DNA of 64,000 bases. Source: Macrostomum lignano (taxonomy: Eukaryota). The number at the start of each line of letters is the position of its first letter. The stretch's first letter is position 1. A program made the position numbers and the translations under genes. This document shows positions 1 through 10,589 of the stretch, in pieces. Where the stretch lies: the NCBI GenBank assembly GCA_002269645.1, contig NIVC01000622.1:251424-315423 (forward strand). The letters are read 5' to 3'. The notes beneath the pieces were generated by a model. That model ran no database searches, was not told where the DNA came from, and saw only the letters and a program-made list of their open reading frames with translations.

Positions 1-1669
1 GTGTGGGTGCAGCATTTGCAGCGGGATGACCCACAGGGATGGAACCCTTTGGGAAGCAGACCCAGATTGGTCGTTGGTCCTGCAGTCCAGTTCATAAGTA
101 TGAGGACATCCTTTTTGCAGTTTCTAAGAAAAATCTTCGAGTAGCCTAATTGCTTGAGTTCCGATTTTAAAGAATTGAAAGCATCGTTGAAAGACTTGTA
201 GTCATCACAGATACGAGCGTACCGAAGGATTTGGGATTTTACTACCCCCTTGAAGGTGTGTGACGGATGGAAGGACTGTCGGTGCAACAATCTATGAGTG
301 TCTGTTTCTTTTGAAAACAGTTGTGTTGTGAAGCGGTTTTCAGCTTTCCTGATGGTCATGTCAAGGAAACTGACCTCAGTTGATGAGGAGCTGACGGTGA
401 GTTTGATGTTGGGGTTGATTGAATTTAGGTGTACAACAAATTCTGTCAGAGTTTCAGCCGGGTGGTCCCAGTGAATGAAGATATCATCTATGTACCTAAA
501 ATAGATGTTCGGCTTATAAAGAGCAGTTCTCAGGGCAGTTTCCTCCCAGAGGCTCATGAAGAGACAGGCATAGCTGGGCGCAAATATGCGCCCCATGGCT
601 GTGCCTCTAAGCTGTAGGAAAATCATTTTGTCAAATTCAAAGTCATTCCTGTACAAACACAATTCCAGTAGCTTTATTATTTCAGCATCCGGTCTAATGG
701 GATCCGGGTATCGGTTAAAGAATTCCTGGATCACTGCAATGCCCTGATCTATTGGGATCATGGAGTACAGACTCTGGACATCACAGGTTGCCAGAGTCGA
801 ACCTTCCGTGCAGCTTTTATCCATAAGGTGTGCCTTGAAGTCATAGGAGTCCTTAATGAAAGTGGGTTGCGCTTGGGCAATCGGTTTTAGAAAGAAGTCT
901 ATGTACTTTTCTGCCCCAATTGCTTCAGAACTGCATCCGCTCACAATAGGTCTGCCTGCTGGGACCCGAAAGGGGATCAGCCAGGTGGCCGGGTCCTTGT
1001 GAATTTTTGGGAGCAGGTAGAAATGCCGGGGACGGAAGTTCTCTCCGGGACAAAGAAATGCACACTGTTTCTTAGATATGAACTTTCTGTTACATAAATT
1101 GAGGAAGATCCCCCTAATAAGTTCCGCAGTCACGGGTTGCAATGGCTGGTCCAGCTGTTGATAGGCATTAGTGTCAAGCAATTGGTTGTAGGCTGCAAAT
1201 TCGTAATCCTTGGGTGCATGATGACCACTGTGTTACCTTTGTCCGCCTTTTTTATAAGGACGGAGCTGTTTCGCTTGAGCCTCTGAATCGCCCTGGTCTC
1301 TGGTGCCTCTAGGTTGCCTTTGATCTGTCCCGTTGTCAAATTCTCTACCAGATTTTGGTTCTCAAGTACCAGCAAGTTGCACTCATCCCTTCTAAGTCTG
1401 AGGGGAACCTCCTTCCCTGATTTCCCGGTGAAGGGGGGCGGGCTGGTATTGGCGAGACCCCTCTTTTTGAAAAAGTCTTTCCAGAAAAGTTTACGATGAA
1501 ATTCCGTCATGCAGTTCCTCAACTCATCGAAATCAAGGGCTTGGGTTGGGATAAAATTGAGTCCCTTATCTAGCAGCCTCGTCTCAGACTCGGAGAGTTT
1601 GAAGGTAGGGTGTAGATTTAAAATGTTGCCTTCCAGTTTGGGAGGCCTACAGTAGTCAGCTAGTTTAAA
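1..1669 (-). CDS. PLE reverse transcriptase; one apparent single-base deletion near 1211-1214 (CAC CCA AGG versus expected CAC CCC AAG GAT)
   Basis: Hand translation: the frame of ORF 1130..1522 is open from 1729 and shifts after VVIMHP into KDYEFAAYNQLLD, which stays open to base 1. Confidence 0.88.
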
Positions 1670-2382
1670 GTTCTCAGCCAGGAAGCCAGCGCCAGTATAG
1701 AGTCCGGCGCTGAGAAGGATACAATTGGTTTAAGGAGAGAAGAGGCAATAAGAGTAACAGGTGAGAGTTTCTTACTCAGAGATTGAGTCAATTCTTCACC
1801 GCTGGCAAAGGGCGGAACCAGAAGGATCTTACGTGTCAGACTGTCCGCTCTGAGTAGATCGATAGCCTCAGAGAGCAACTCTCGCCAGTGGTCTGTGCTG
1901 AGCAGCTCGTCCGGCAGGACCAGCACCGTTGACTGAGCGCATTGCCGGTTCCGCAGGGCAGCCGACCTCAGTAGAGATGGTAAGGCTGACAGTGAGTACT
2001 CATGTACCTCTGTGATTGCCGGCAGTTTGAGGCCCTCGAAAGGCTTTGGGCAGAGTACCAGGTTCCGGCAGTCCCTGCTGATGATGAGCGAAACAGGTTG
2101 CTCAAAGGTGCTGGGTGAGTCATTCAGATGCGGCCTGTGGCGTTCCGGACCCCCAGGGGAGTCTTCAGAGTCCGGCGATGGTAAGCGGCGTTTGGCAGGT
2201 GAAGCAGGCAGTCCCACCCGTGGAAGAGGCGGGGTCACAAAGAGGTCGTCAGCTGCCGACGTACAGCCGTTCTCAGGTGAGGCGACTTCGGTGGTCCCGC
2301 CTGCCGCCGGACTGCCGTCCGAAGCCACAACCGCAGCCGCTGAGGGGTCGTTGCTGATCGTCGCATCGGCGCTCGCTGCCAC
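1660..2382 (-). CDS. PLE upstream ORF: Pro/Ser/Ala-rich disordered part followed by an alpha/beta domain resembling a degenerate SGNH/GDSL esterase
   Basis: ORF 1660..2499. PVSLIISRD, STVLVLPDELL and EAIDLLRADSLTRKILLVPP follow the SGNH block pattern, without a clear catalytic GDS motif. No ATG lies downstream of the (CT)n tract. Confidence 0.5.
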   Translation of the reverse strand: MAASADATISNDPSAAAVVASDGSPAAGGTTEVASPENGCTSAADDLFVTPPLPRVGLPASPAKRRLPSPDSEDSPGGPERHRPHLNDSPSTFEQPVSLIISRDCRNLVLCPKPFEGLKLPAITEVHEYSLSALPSLLRSAALRNRQCAQSTVLVLPDELLSTDHWRELLSEAIDLLRADSLTRKILLVPPFASGEELTQSLSKKLSPVTLIASSLLKPIVSFSAPDSILALASWLRTLN

Positions 2383-2390
2383 GAGAGAGA

Positions 2391-2439
<49 letters not shown>
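2383..2439. repeat. (GA)n microsatellite at the PLE/SINE junction
   Basis: Direct inspection. Confidence 0.97.
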
Positions 2440-2441
<2 letters not shown>

Positions 2442-2585
2442 GCGCTCTGATGTGCCAGCGGCCCAGGCTCGATTCCAAGTGCCACACAGTGTATAGCATT
2501 AATTTTTTTGTGGGGGGGGGCTAAATTGAAATCTCGGCTTGGCTCTGCTCGACAAATAAAGTTAAGGGCCACTGTACACTCCTCT
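2440..2585 (+). mobile_element. 5'-truncated, internally deleted copy of the tRNA-derived SINE family seen at 32.6 and 34.0 kb
   Basis: Shares GCTCTGATGTGCCAGCGGCCCAGGCTCGATTCCAAGTGC, ATCTCGGCTTGGCTCTGCTCG and GGGCCACTGTACACTCCT with the other copies. Confidence 0.75.
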
Positions 2586-3255
2586 AGCCGGTTGTGCGCC
2601 AGTGTGACGAATGGAGGCTTAATTAAAGGGTAGGAATTAAGTGTACGTGACAGTCCTGGGTAGATATTAAATCGATGATGTAGTGACAATTAATCACTAG
2701 ATTAATAAGTAGATATAGGTAGTATAAGGTAGACACGAAGGTCGATAAGTATACTTGGCGATACTTTGTATACTCATAAACTCATACATATACTAGAACT
2801 AAACAGGTTGAAATGTGAGCTAATTTACTCCACACAAATTTTGCCCTTACCTGTATTTAACTATCTTTCTGTATATCTTGCTGTCACCAATGCACGATAT
2901 TACACATTGTACAGATCGCTCTATCAACAAACCCCTCACCTTTTACCGCACCGACCATCCACCCCCGCCCCCCTCTCAGTACAGTCGTTCGGGTGCACGA
3001 GTGTACGAGAGTTATGCGCTATTTTATTATCAACCTTAAATACTCGTACAACCAACTGGGGGGTTGAAGGTCGAGGGTGATAGGGAGAGAGCGAGAGAGA
3101 GAAAGAGAGAGAGACAGTGTACGACGCTCTGCTATAAGACGCGACTCTGTTTATTGTAGCAAAGCTTTACACTATACTAAAGAAATAAATGCCAAAGTTA
3201 AAGGCCAGTCATATATTATACATCTATTTCTACATTATCGAACGGCTCGGAGTTC

Positions 3256-5058
3256 ATGTCGTCATCATCCTCCGTCTGTCCGTTCGCTTCGCTGCTGTTT
3301 GTCTATCGGCACAGCGCCGTACGCAGCGAAGCGGACGATCTACGCGACGCGATTTTGCTGTTCCATCCAGCTGAGACGGCGTTGGATACGCAGTGCCTTC
3401 TAGCTGGCCAGCTGATGGGTCTGACTGGTTTTGTTCGATCAACTCTGCTCACTCAGCCTGTAGCTTTTGAGCTGGACAGCCTGCGTGTTGCTTCAGTACA
3501 TTGCGGTGATTTGACCCTGTGCGTTGCATCTCCCGGCGTTGGCGGGGAGGCGACCATCTGCGAAGCTGCTCGCGGTCTGCACCGAGCCTTCCAGTTCTAT
3601 TGCGGCCCGCTCGCTCTGGCGTTTCATTCAGCTGCGCGACACTCGCCAGAGCTTCAGGCCCGACTTGAATGGCTGTCTGGCCGGCTGCTTGAGTTGTTCT
3701 GTCCGACCGATTGTCCGCCAGCTCTGCTGCAGATGGCTTCCGGTCACGTGACCGGATTCCCGCTCATGCCGACGCGGCAGCAGCAGCAGCAGCAGAAACA
3801 AGCCGGTCTACGTCGGAAGCGCGACTTTGCTCGACTCCTCCTAGCCGCTGACTGCCTCGCCGATCGCCTCATCAACTGTTGCAACTCCGACGTCGCATCG
3901 ACATCAGCCTCCATTTTCGCTTTCCCCGCCTCCTCGCAGGCGTCATCTCGCCGTCGGCAGGTGGTTCTTGGCTGCGCCATCTTCGTGTCCGGCCAGTTGT
4001 TGACCTCGGTGAACCTGCCAGCGTCGGTCTGTACCGCCTTGTCGATTCTTGCCGATGCTGAACACGCCGCAACACTGCCCATGTCAGAGGCGATGTTTCG
4101 CATCGATCTGCAGCTCAAAGATGAAGACGACAAAGATCGGTCGATTTTTGCGTTTCACTCATTTGTCTCGTCTGATGAAGATTGGAACTCCCGCGCAGAG
4201 TTGGATGCTGACAGTGCTCAGAACGGCTGCTCAGGCCGCTGCGGTGGGCCTTCATCGGTGCCCCGGCTTACTAGCCTCTGTAGAGAGGCGCTGCTCGCTT
4301 ATAGATTTCAAGAGATCATTAGCCTTGACCATTCTGGTGCGCCAGTTCGGCGCCTAAAATGCGTTGTGTGGCGCCGGCGCCAGAACGACATCTGCATTGT
4401 GGCGCTCGCCGCCGCCTCGGCCTGCCTCGGTTGCGTGCGCCGAGTAGCGGAGCCGCTCCTGTCACCGAGCCAGCTGCGACCCCTGACCGACGCTCTTGCC
4501 GCTGCTGACGCTGCAGAAGCCTCAACTTCTGCACCTGAGATTCAGCCTCCTGCACCTCCTACTCTGCTGCTCCGCTGTCCGCCGCTGCTCCTGACCGCCT
4601 CCTCAACCGACGTCGCTCGCCGATTTCCCTCCACCGATAGCGTCGAGTCCTCGGCAGCCGGCCTCGCCGTTGAGTTGACTTCGCCCAGCCTTGGCGGCGA
4701 ATTTGCCGCCCTGTCGATTCGCGTCGACGGTCGGCTCTGCGTCTCCGCTGCCCGCTCGGCTGGAATGCTCAGCGTTTCCGACAAGGTCGACTTGACCGTC
4801 CCGGACGGCAGTCCCGCGGCGGCCGCTGCCGTCTCTTTCTTTGACGAATCTGCCGCCGTCTCAGCAGCTTCAGTGGCTGGTCAACGAAGACTTCTGGGCG
4901 CGTCGATCGCTGCCACGCCGACGACGCTTCTGCCGAGATTTGCGCACCTTGGCGCCGCGGGCGTCAGCAGCGGGCTCAACATGCTGCAGGTGCCGAGCAA
5001 GCCGCGACGCACACGCAGCCTCATCGGCGGTTGGCGACCGTCCTCGCGCGGTTTTTGA
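3256..5058 (+). CDS. HPS4: Hermansky-Pudlak syndrome 4 protein homolog (BLOC-3 subunit, CCZ1/INTU/HPS4 longin family), single exon, 600 aa
   Basis: N-terminal longin segment FVYRHSAVRSEADDLRDAILLFHPAETALDTQCLLAGQLMG...FQFYCGPLALAF matches HPS4 (FLYDGSKVKEEGD...ICYFYP...QQELLCGQIAG...FNFYNGPVSLAY). A second longin-like block VLGCAIFVSGQLLTSVNLP is also present. Confidence 0.85.
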   Translation: MSSSSSVCPFASLLFVYRHSAVRSEADDLRDAILLFHPAETALDTQCLLAGQLMGLTGFVRSTLLTQPVAFELDSLRVASVHCGDLTLCVASPGVGGEATICEAARGLHRAFQFYCGPLALAFHSAARHSPELQARLEWLSGRLLELFCPTDCPPALLQMASGHVTGFPLMPTRQQQQQQKQAGLRRKRDFARLLLAADCLADRLINCCNSDVASTSASIFAFPASSQASSRRRQVVLGCAIFVSGQLLTSVNLPASVCTALSILADAEHAATLPMSEAMFRIDLQLKDEDDKDRSIFAFHSFVSSDEDWNSRAELDADSAQNGCSGRCGGPSSVPRLTSLCREALLAYRFQEIISLDHSGAPVRRLKCVVWRRRQNDICIVALAAASACLGCVRRVAEPLLSPSQLRPLTDALAAADAAEASTSAPEIQPPAPPTLLLRCPPLLLTASSTDVARRFPSTDSVESSAAGLAVELTSPSLGGEFAALSIRVDGRLCVSAARSAGMLSVSDKVDLTVPDGSPAAAAAVSFFDESAAVSAASVAGQRRLLGASIAATPTTLLPRFAHLGAAGVSSGLNMLQVPSKPRRTRSLIGGWRPSSRGF

Positions 5059-5599
5059 CCTCTATTTGAGCCCGCGTGACCGCCATGTGACCTCTGTTGG
5101 ACGATATGCTTTGGAATTCTATCAAGCCCCTATGATCTTCATTTGGTCCTAATGCGACCTCTATTTGTCCCCAAGCGATCTTTCTTTGACGAGTCTAGTT
5201 TGCCCTTGTAACTTTGTTAGTCATTATTTGATTATTCTTCTTGATATTCTATAGCGCTGTACACATGCGGAAAACAATCTTTACTCTTCTGAATCTACTA
5301 CATGTTCATAATGACCAAGTTCGACATAAGATGTTCTTTAGTGATTTTTCTGCCGCATTTCTTGTTGAAAGTCTGGTGCAAGAATAAAACTATTTGAGCA
5401 TTACTGGTGCAAGTTTGACATTTTTCTTTCTTGCAGTTTTTTATTTAGCCTTCAAGGGTGTAAAATCCAAATGCACACTGGAGTGTCTAGAATTACCTAT
5501 TTGATTTCAGAGCGTGTAGGTGACAAAAGGCGTGTTTACTAAAGCAAAAAGCTACCTCAGATTCAAATACGAACCTACCTGCCAGTGTATATATTCAAT

Positions 5600-6030
5600 C
5601 TATAACCTACCAACCCTAACCTACCCAACCCTAACCTACCAACCCTAACCTACCCAACCCCAAACTACCCGACCCTAACCTACCCAACCCTAATCTACCA
5701 ACCCTAACCTACCCAACCCTAACCTACCAACCCTAACCTACCCATCCCCTATCTACCCAACTCCAACATATCTAATCTACCCAATCCAGCCTACCCATTC
5801 TACCCAACCCCAGCCTTCTAAACTTCAACCTACCCAACCCCAGCCTAATAAACTCCAACCTACCCAATCTACCAAACGCCAACCTACCCAATCTACCAAA
5901 CGCCAACCTACCCAGTCTACCAAACGCCAACCTACCCAGTCTACCAAACGCCAGCCTACCCAATCTACCAAAACGCCGACCTACCCAATCTACCCAACCC
6001 CAACCTACCCAACTCAGATCCTACCAAACC
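5600..6030. repeat. 14-15 bp minisatellite (aaccctaacctacc[c]) that degenerates into variants
   Basis: Direct inspection. Confidence 0.9.
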
Positions 6031-6142
6031 TGACCCTACCCAAAACATTCAACATATTTTTTCTAAATCGAACCAATTCAACTTCGAGCCATCAGTACAC
6101 ACGCAACCCAACAACCCTTCTCAACTCCCCAACACCCCTCAG

Positions 6143-7653
6143 GCGTAGGCAAAGGTCTGGTCGGCGTAGTCAGCCGCCCAGTTGGCGCGGTCGTGGACTT
6201 CGCCAGCGACACATTCTACACTGTTCAGCGCGTGGCCGACCTGTCCGAGGTGCCAAGGCGTGTCCGAGATCCACGCTACATCCGGCCGGACAGTCGCTTG
6301 GTGTACTACCGCAGAATGGAGGCGGCCGGGTACACCATTCTGCAGCAGGCCGTCAAGCCCATTCCCAAGGAGGTCTACTGCCTGCACTGCCTGGTCAACG
6401 ATCCCAAGTCGCGTGCCCCCGTTGCGGCTCTGGTCACCAACTTCCGTATCCTGTTGGCCCGCCGTGCCGACCTGCTGGCCACGTGGTCGTGCGACCAGCA
6501 ATTCACCTGGAACCAAGTGGACGACGTGCGCGAAACTCGAACCGGATTTGAGCTTGTGCTCAAGTCTAAGAAACGAAAAAGCATCCTTGGCGGCCTGCGA
6601 GCGCCTTCTAACGAAGTCTTCAGCGTTCACACCTCACCGGACTGGGCCAGGGTGAGTCTGCTGATCTACTGTTAGTAGTGTGCCAGCGCTGCTGCACTGC
6701 GGTTCTCTACATTGCATAATATAGACGGGCGATCAATGCGTGGGTCAAGAACTACACTCTCTTCTCCTCTTTCCCTTTCTTCCTCGTCTCCTCTCCTCTC
6801 CTCTCCTCTCCTCTCTACTCCTCTCCTCTCCTCTCCTCTCCTCTCTACTCCTCTCCTCTCCTCTCCTCTCCTCTCTACTCCTCTCCTCTCCTCTCCTCTC
6901 CTCTCTACTCCTCTCCTCTCCTCTCCTCTCCTCTCCTCTCTACTCCTCTCCTCTCCTCTCCTCTCCTCTCCTCTCCTCTCCTCTCCTCTCCTCTCCTCTC
7001 TACTCCTCTCCTCTCCTCTCCTCTCCTCTCCTCTCCTCTCCTCTCCTCTCCTCTCCTCTCTTCTCCTCTCCTCTCCTCTCCTCTCCTCTCCTCTCCTCTC
7101 CTCTCCTCTCCTCTCCTCTCCTCTCCTCTACTCCTCTCGTCTCCTCTCCTCTCCTCTCCTCTCCTCTCCTCTCCTCTCCTCTCCTCTCATATCCTCTCCT
7201 CTCCTCTACTCCTCTCATCTCTTCTCCTCTCCTCTCCTCTCCTCTCTCCTGTACTGTCCTCTACTATTCTCTTCCCTCTCCTGTCATCCCCTCTCCTTTA
7301 TCCTCCCCTCTCCTTTATCCTCTCCTCTCCTTTATCCTCCCCTCTCCTTTATCCTCCCCTCTCCTTTATCCTCTCCTCTTTCATCTCCTCTCTCCTCTCA
7401 TCTCCTTTTCTCTATCCCCTACATTTTCTCCCACTGTCACAACATTTTGGCGGTTAAAAGCCAGCTCTACAGTTTAAACCCATCAGAAGTTTACCTGCCC
7501 CATAGAAAAATTCATTTCCAGTTGAGAGATGGTTATATTACTACACCAAATTGACTTCAATTTCAGAAAATCGTGACCTGCATCAAGCAGCAGATTCGCG
7601 ATAACGAACAGCGGGGCAGCATCAGCAGCTCGGACAGTCCGCCTACGGCCTAA
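6143..7653 (+). CDS. VPS13: Last two coding exons of a VPS13A/C-type lipid transfer protein (6143-6651 and 7567-7653); upstream exons not seen in the window
   Basis: GVGKGLVGVVSRPVGAVVDFASDTFYTVQR...VRDPRYI matches the VPS13 C-terminal ATG2_C/PH region (GKGLVGAVARPTGGIVDMASSTF). Splice sites cctcag|GC, AGG|gtgagt and tttcag|AAA join in frame to KIVTCIKQQ...PTA-stop. Confidence 0.88.
6760..7400. repeat. (CTCTC)n pentanucleotide tract in the last VPS13 intron
   Basis: Direct inspection; it explains the LLSSP pseudo-ORFs. Confidence 0.97.
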
Positions 7654-9226
7654 CACTGCAGAAGGATTTGAGGATGCATGCGTGAATTAACAATAATTTT
7701 TGCTTTCTGGGTTTGATGGGGGACAAAGTTTTTTCATCTAAATTTCACTTAAACCGTTTCCTAGAACTATTATTAACCCCCAATATTACTGTCGTTTTGT
7801 GGTTTGGTCATAAGTATATTTAACCTGCTCGTTTTGTATTATTCCGAATTGTTAAATTGTCGTTTTAATTGGTCAGCTAATTATATTAACAATTTAAACA
7901 ACTTTTTTCTAGAAAAAAACAGTAATTTTATTGCTAGCCTACTTACAGTAAAAAGCTATGAAAATTGCAGTAAAAAACTAGCAGACTATTAAAAACGGCA
8001 GAGAAATTCACGAGCGATTTTTTCGAAATAATCTACTGAATTACTCAATCTATCTTATTTAATTTAAGACGTTTTTTCGCAGTTGTTGTGATTTACTAAA
8101 CATTAAAATGATTTATTATTTGCCACATATTATTGCTGTTTCTGCCGCTACTCCTTTGTCTGCACTCTCATCGCACACAAACGCACTTGAGTGGAATCAA
8201 AAGCATATTTTTCTTTAGTTGTTTTTTTTTCAAAAAATCCCCAGTTCTCATTGAGTCATCATTTTTCTATTTTAGTCATTATTGGTTATTCCGAATTTGA
8301 TTGATTTTTTTCTATTGTTATTTCATTGAAAAAAATCAATTCACAATATATAATTGAACCTTTCATTTCATTCATTCATCTTTATATATTCGTGAAACAT
8401 AAATCTTAGTCTCAGTCTTATGGTTATGTTTTTCATCTTGGTTAGCAGGAATCTTTTGGAGCATGAGCGGTAAAGTTTAAGTTTACTGCTGGCATGACCT
8501 GTGAGTCGTGACTGACCGCCATTTTATAACATTAATTATTATTTTAAGAACCATTCCTATTCTTGAAAAATACACATTAAATTATAGAAACAGACATTGT
8601 TTGTTGTTTTAAAAAATATTAGACAACCTAGAAATGTTTTATTTTAATTACATCAATTATTGTATTTTAGGGCCTAGATAATACACTAATGTGGAATTAA
8701 AGCTGTTAGCGGTTTTATAGTGCTTTGATTTTGTAGCGAATCGATTTTTTAGGGTCTCTCTAACTTTGCGACTAATGTACATTTAGTCCTGTACATCTCT
8801 TCTCAGCCCAATATTCTCCGCTGGCCGGCCCAACTAGTTGTTAAATTGAGGAGGTGGGTTATTTGCGTACATTCCCCGACCGTCGTCCTCTCTCGTCCTT
8901 TTCTTTATCATCGCCACCCCACCCCCCCCCCCTCTAGCCAGCCTGGCCTTTTTTCACACCCTCGCGCACCCCCCTCGTCGCCGCGTTCTCAATCTGCCTT
9001 CCACTCCGCTTTCTCTCTCGCCTCTCTCAGCGCTCACTGCCAGGGCCGAGGGTTAAGAGGAAAGCCAACCCCAGTTGTCATAACAACACTCTACCCGCCC
9101 GCCCCTTATATTTCTCTAAAGCGTCTTTCTGAGGCGCGCCAATTTAAACAGACTATTTTAGTTGGCATTTTTTCCTGGTCTTAAAATTGAATTGAAATAT
9201 ACATACAGAAGTTGCTAAGAAGCCAA

Positions 9227-9871
9227 ATGACGGTAGAGAAACCGGAGGCCGATGCGGCTGCTGAGGCAGCGGCCGCGCCCGTGGCAAAACTGCGCGTCAG
9301 CAATCCGAAAGAGGAGCTGCTCTGCCAGGCGGCCGAGGATGGCGATTGTAAAACGATTGGCAAGCTGATCAGCGAAATTGAGAATGTTGAGCTCAAATGG
9401 CCCAGGCTAGAGAATGTAAACTGCTTGGACGCATTGGGTCGCACGGCGCTGATGCGAGCTTCCCAAGCCGGTCACTACGAGGCCGTGAAACTGCTAGTTG
9501 CCAACGGAGCCGATGTGAACTATCGCGACTGGAACGGAGTCACCGCTCTACACTTGGCAGCCAAGCATCACCAATTGCAGGTGGTGAAGTTCCTCATCAT
9601 GTCCGAGGCGAGGCTGGACGCGCTGACCCGAACCGGCCTGGCACCCATCGACTTGGCCAGGTACAACTCGGACACCTGGACAGTCCTTCGACAGGCAGCC
9701 ACGGGCACCATGCCGACGGTGGACCATCTGGTGCAGACCATCGAGGTGCCCCTGGTGCCAGCCTACGCCATCCCGAAGCCGAAATCGGGCGACGGTAAGA
9801 AGAAAGGCAAGAAAGGCGGCAAGAAGAGCGGCAAGAAGGGCAAGAAGGGTGGAAAGAAGAAGAAGAAGTGA
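9227..9871 (+). CDS. Small ankyrin-repeat protein (about 3 repeats) with a Lys/Gly-rich basic C-terminal tail, 214 aa, single coding exon
   Basis: GRTALMRASQAGHYEAVKLLVANGADVN and GVTALHLAAKHHQLQVVKFLI; tail GKKKGKKGGKKSGKKGKKGGKKKKK; first ATG at 9227. Confidence 0.9.
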   Translation: MTVEKPEADAAAEAAAAPVAKLRVSNPKEELLCQAAEDGDCKTIGKLISEIENVELKWPRLENVNCLDALGRTALMRASQAGHYEAVKLLVANGADVNYRDWNGVTALHLAAKHHQLQVVKFLIMSEARLDALTRTGLAPIDLARYNSDTWTVLRQAATGTMPTVDHLVQTIEVPLVPAYAIPKPKSGDGKKKGKKGGKKSGKKGKKGGKKKKK

Positions 9872-10589
9872 AATGCGCTCAGTTCCACTCGTTTTGGAAT
9901 CGCTGTTGTTTTTGCTTGACAGCATTTTGTCTTTTCCTATCGTTTACTTGAGCAACTTCTTTCACTATGGCGGGAGATTATCATCTACCGGTATTTGCGA
10001 GCAACAGGTGAAAATAGCGGTTACTGGTTCTTGCGTTTTAATGTCATGTTCTCCAGTAAGCCGGCACTCCGAGCTGAAGGTTGTGACGTATTGCAGAAAA
10101 TATAAGTTTTTTTACTCCCAGAAATAGTTAATTTGAAATTCTATCAAAAATCGTTTTGTTATATTGATAAGTTATTTTTGTACACAATTCAATTTTAAAG
10201 AGATTTATTATGCTAACCGTTATTGCAAATATAAAAATCAAAGCTAACTAAAATTTTTGTAGCGAGCGGTTCATTATTTTAGTTGAATGACTTATTGCGT
10301 TTTTGTTTTGTTCAACGGTAATGTTTTAAAAGCTCACCTGTCTAATTTCAGTGAAAAAATAGGGCAAATGGCCCTTCTAATGCATCCTAATTGGCCCAAA
10401 CTCGTGCCTCTCCCCCGGGTCAAATGTCGATCAATCACGCTCCCTGCGCAAGCGGTTTAGTCCATCATTTATTACCTATTATTATTGGCCTGGAGTCCGA
10501 CTGGGGACATCTGAAAATTAACCTGGACTGGGGGCTGTATGGCTGGCTCAATTTAAATAGCATTTATCTGGGGAGCTTTCATATCTGCG

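Larger units (their letters stand above)
1..2382 (-). mobile_element. Penelope-like retroelement (PLE), running off the window start; upstream ORF plus RT, with the GIY-YIG endonuclease expected just beyond position 1
   Basis: Minus-strand translation gives PLE motifs LSESETRLLDKGLNFIP, IKKADKGNTVVIM, FYLLPKIHK, GRPIVSG, DVQSLYSMIP, GTAMG, FRYIDDI, VSFLD and HPSHTFKGVVKSQILRY. It ends in KGFHPCGSSRCKCCTH, the Cys motif that precedes the PLE GIY-YIG domain. The frame is stop-free from about 1210 to 1. Confidence 0.93.

Noticed and set aside
2070-2105. Hammerhead-like core CTGATGA-TGAGC-GAAAC next to the PLE
   Set aside because: It is antisense to the element, lies inside its ORF, has no stem II pairing, and stem I cannot form after the putative cleavage site.
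6712-7554. Long ORFs over simple repeats (also 27906-29219, 29530-30125, 31155-32115, 42572-43066, 46540-47845, 61327-61816)
   Set aside because: Stop-free reading of micro- and minisatellites; no coding signal.
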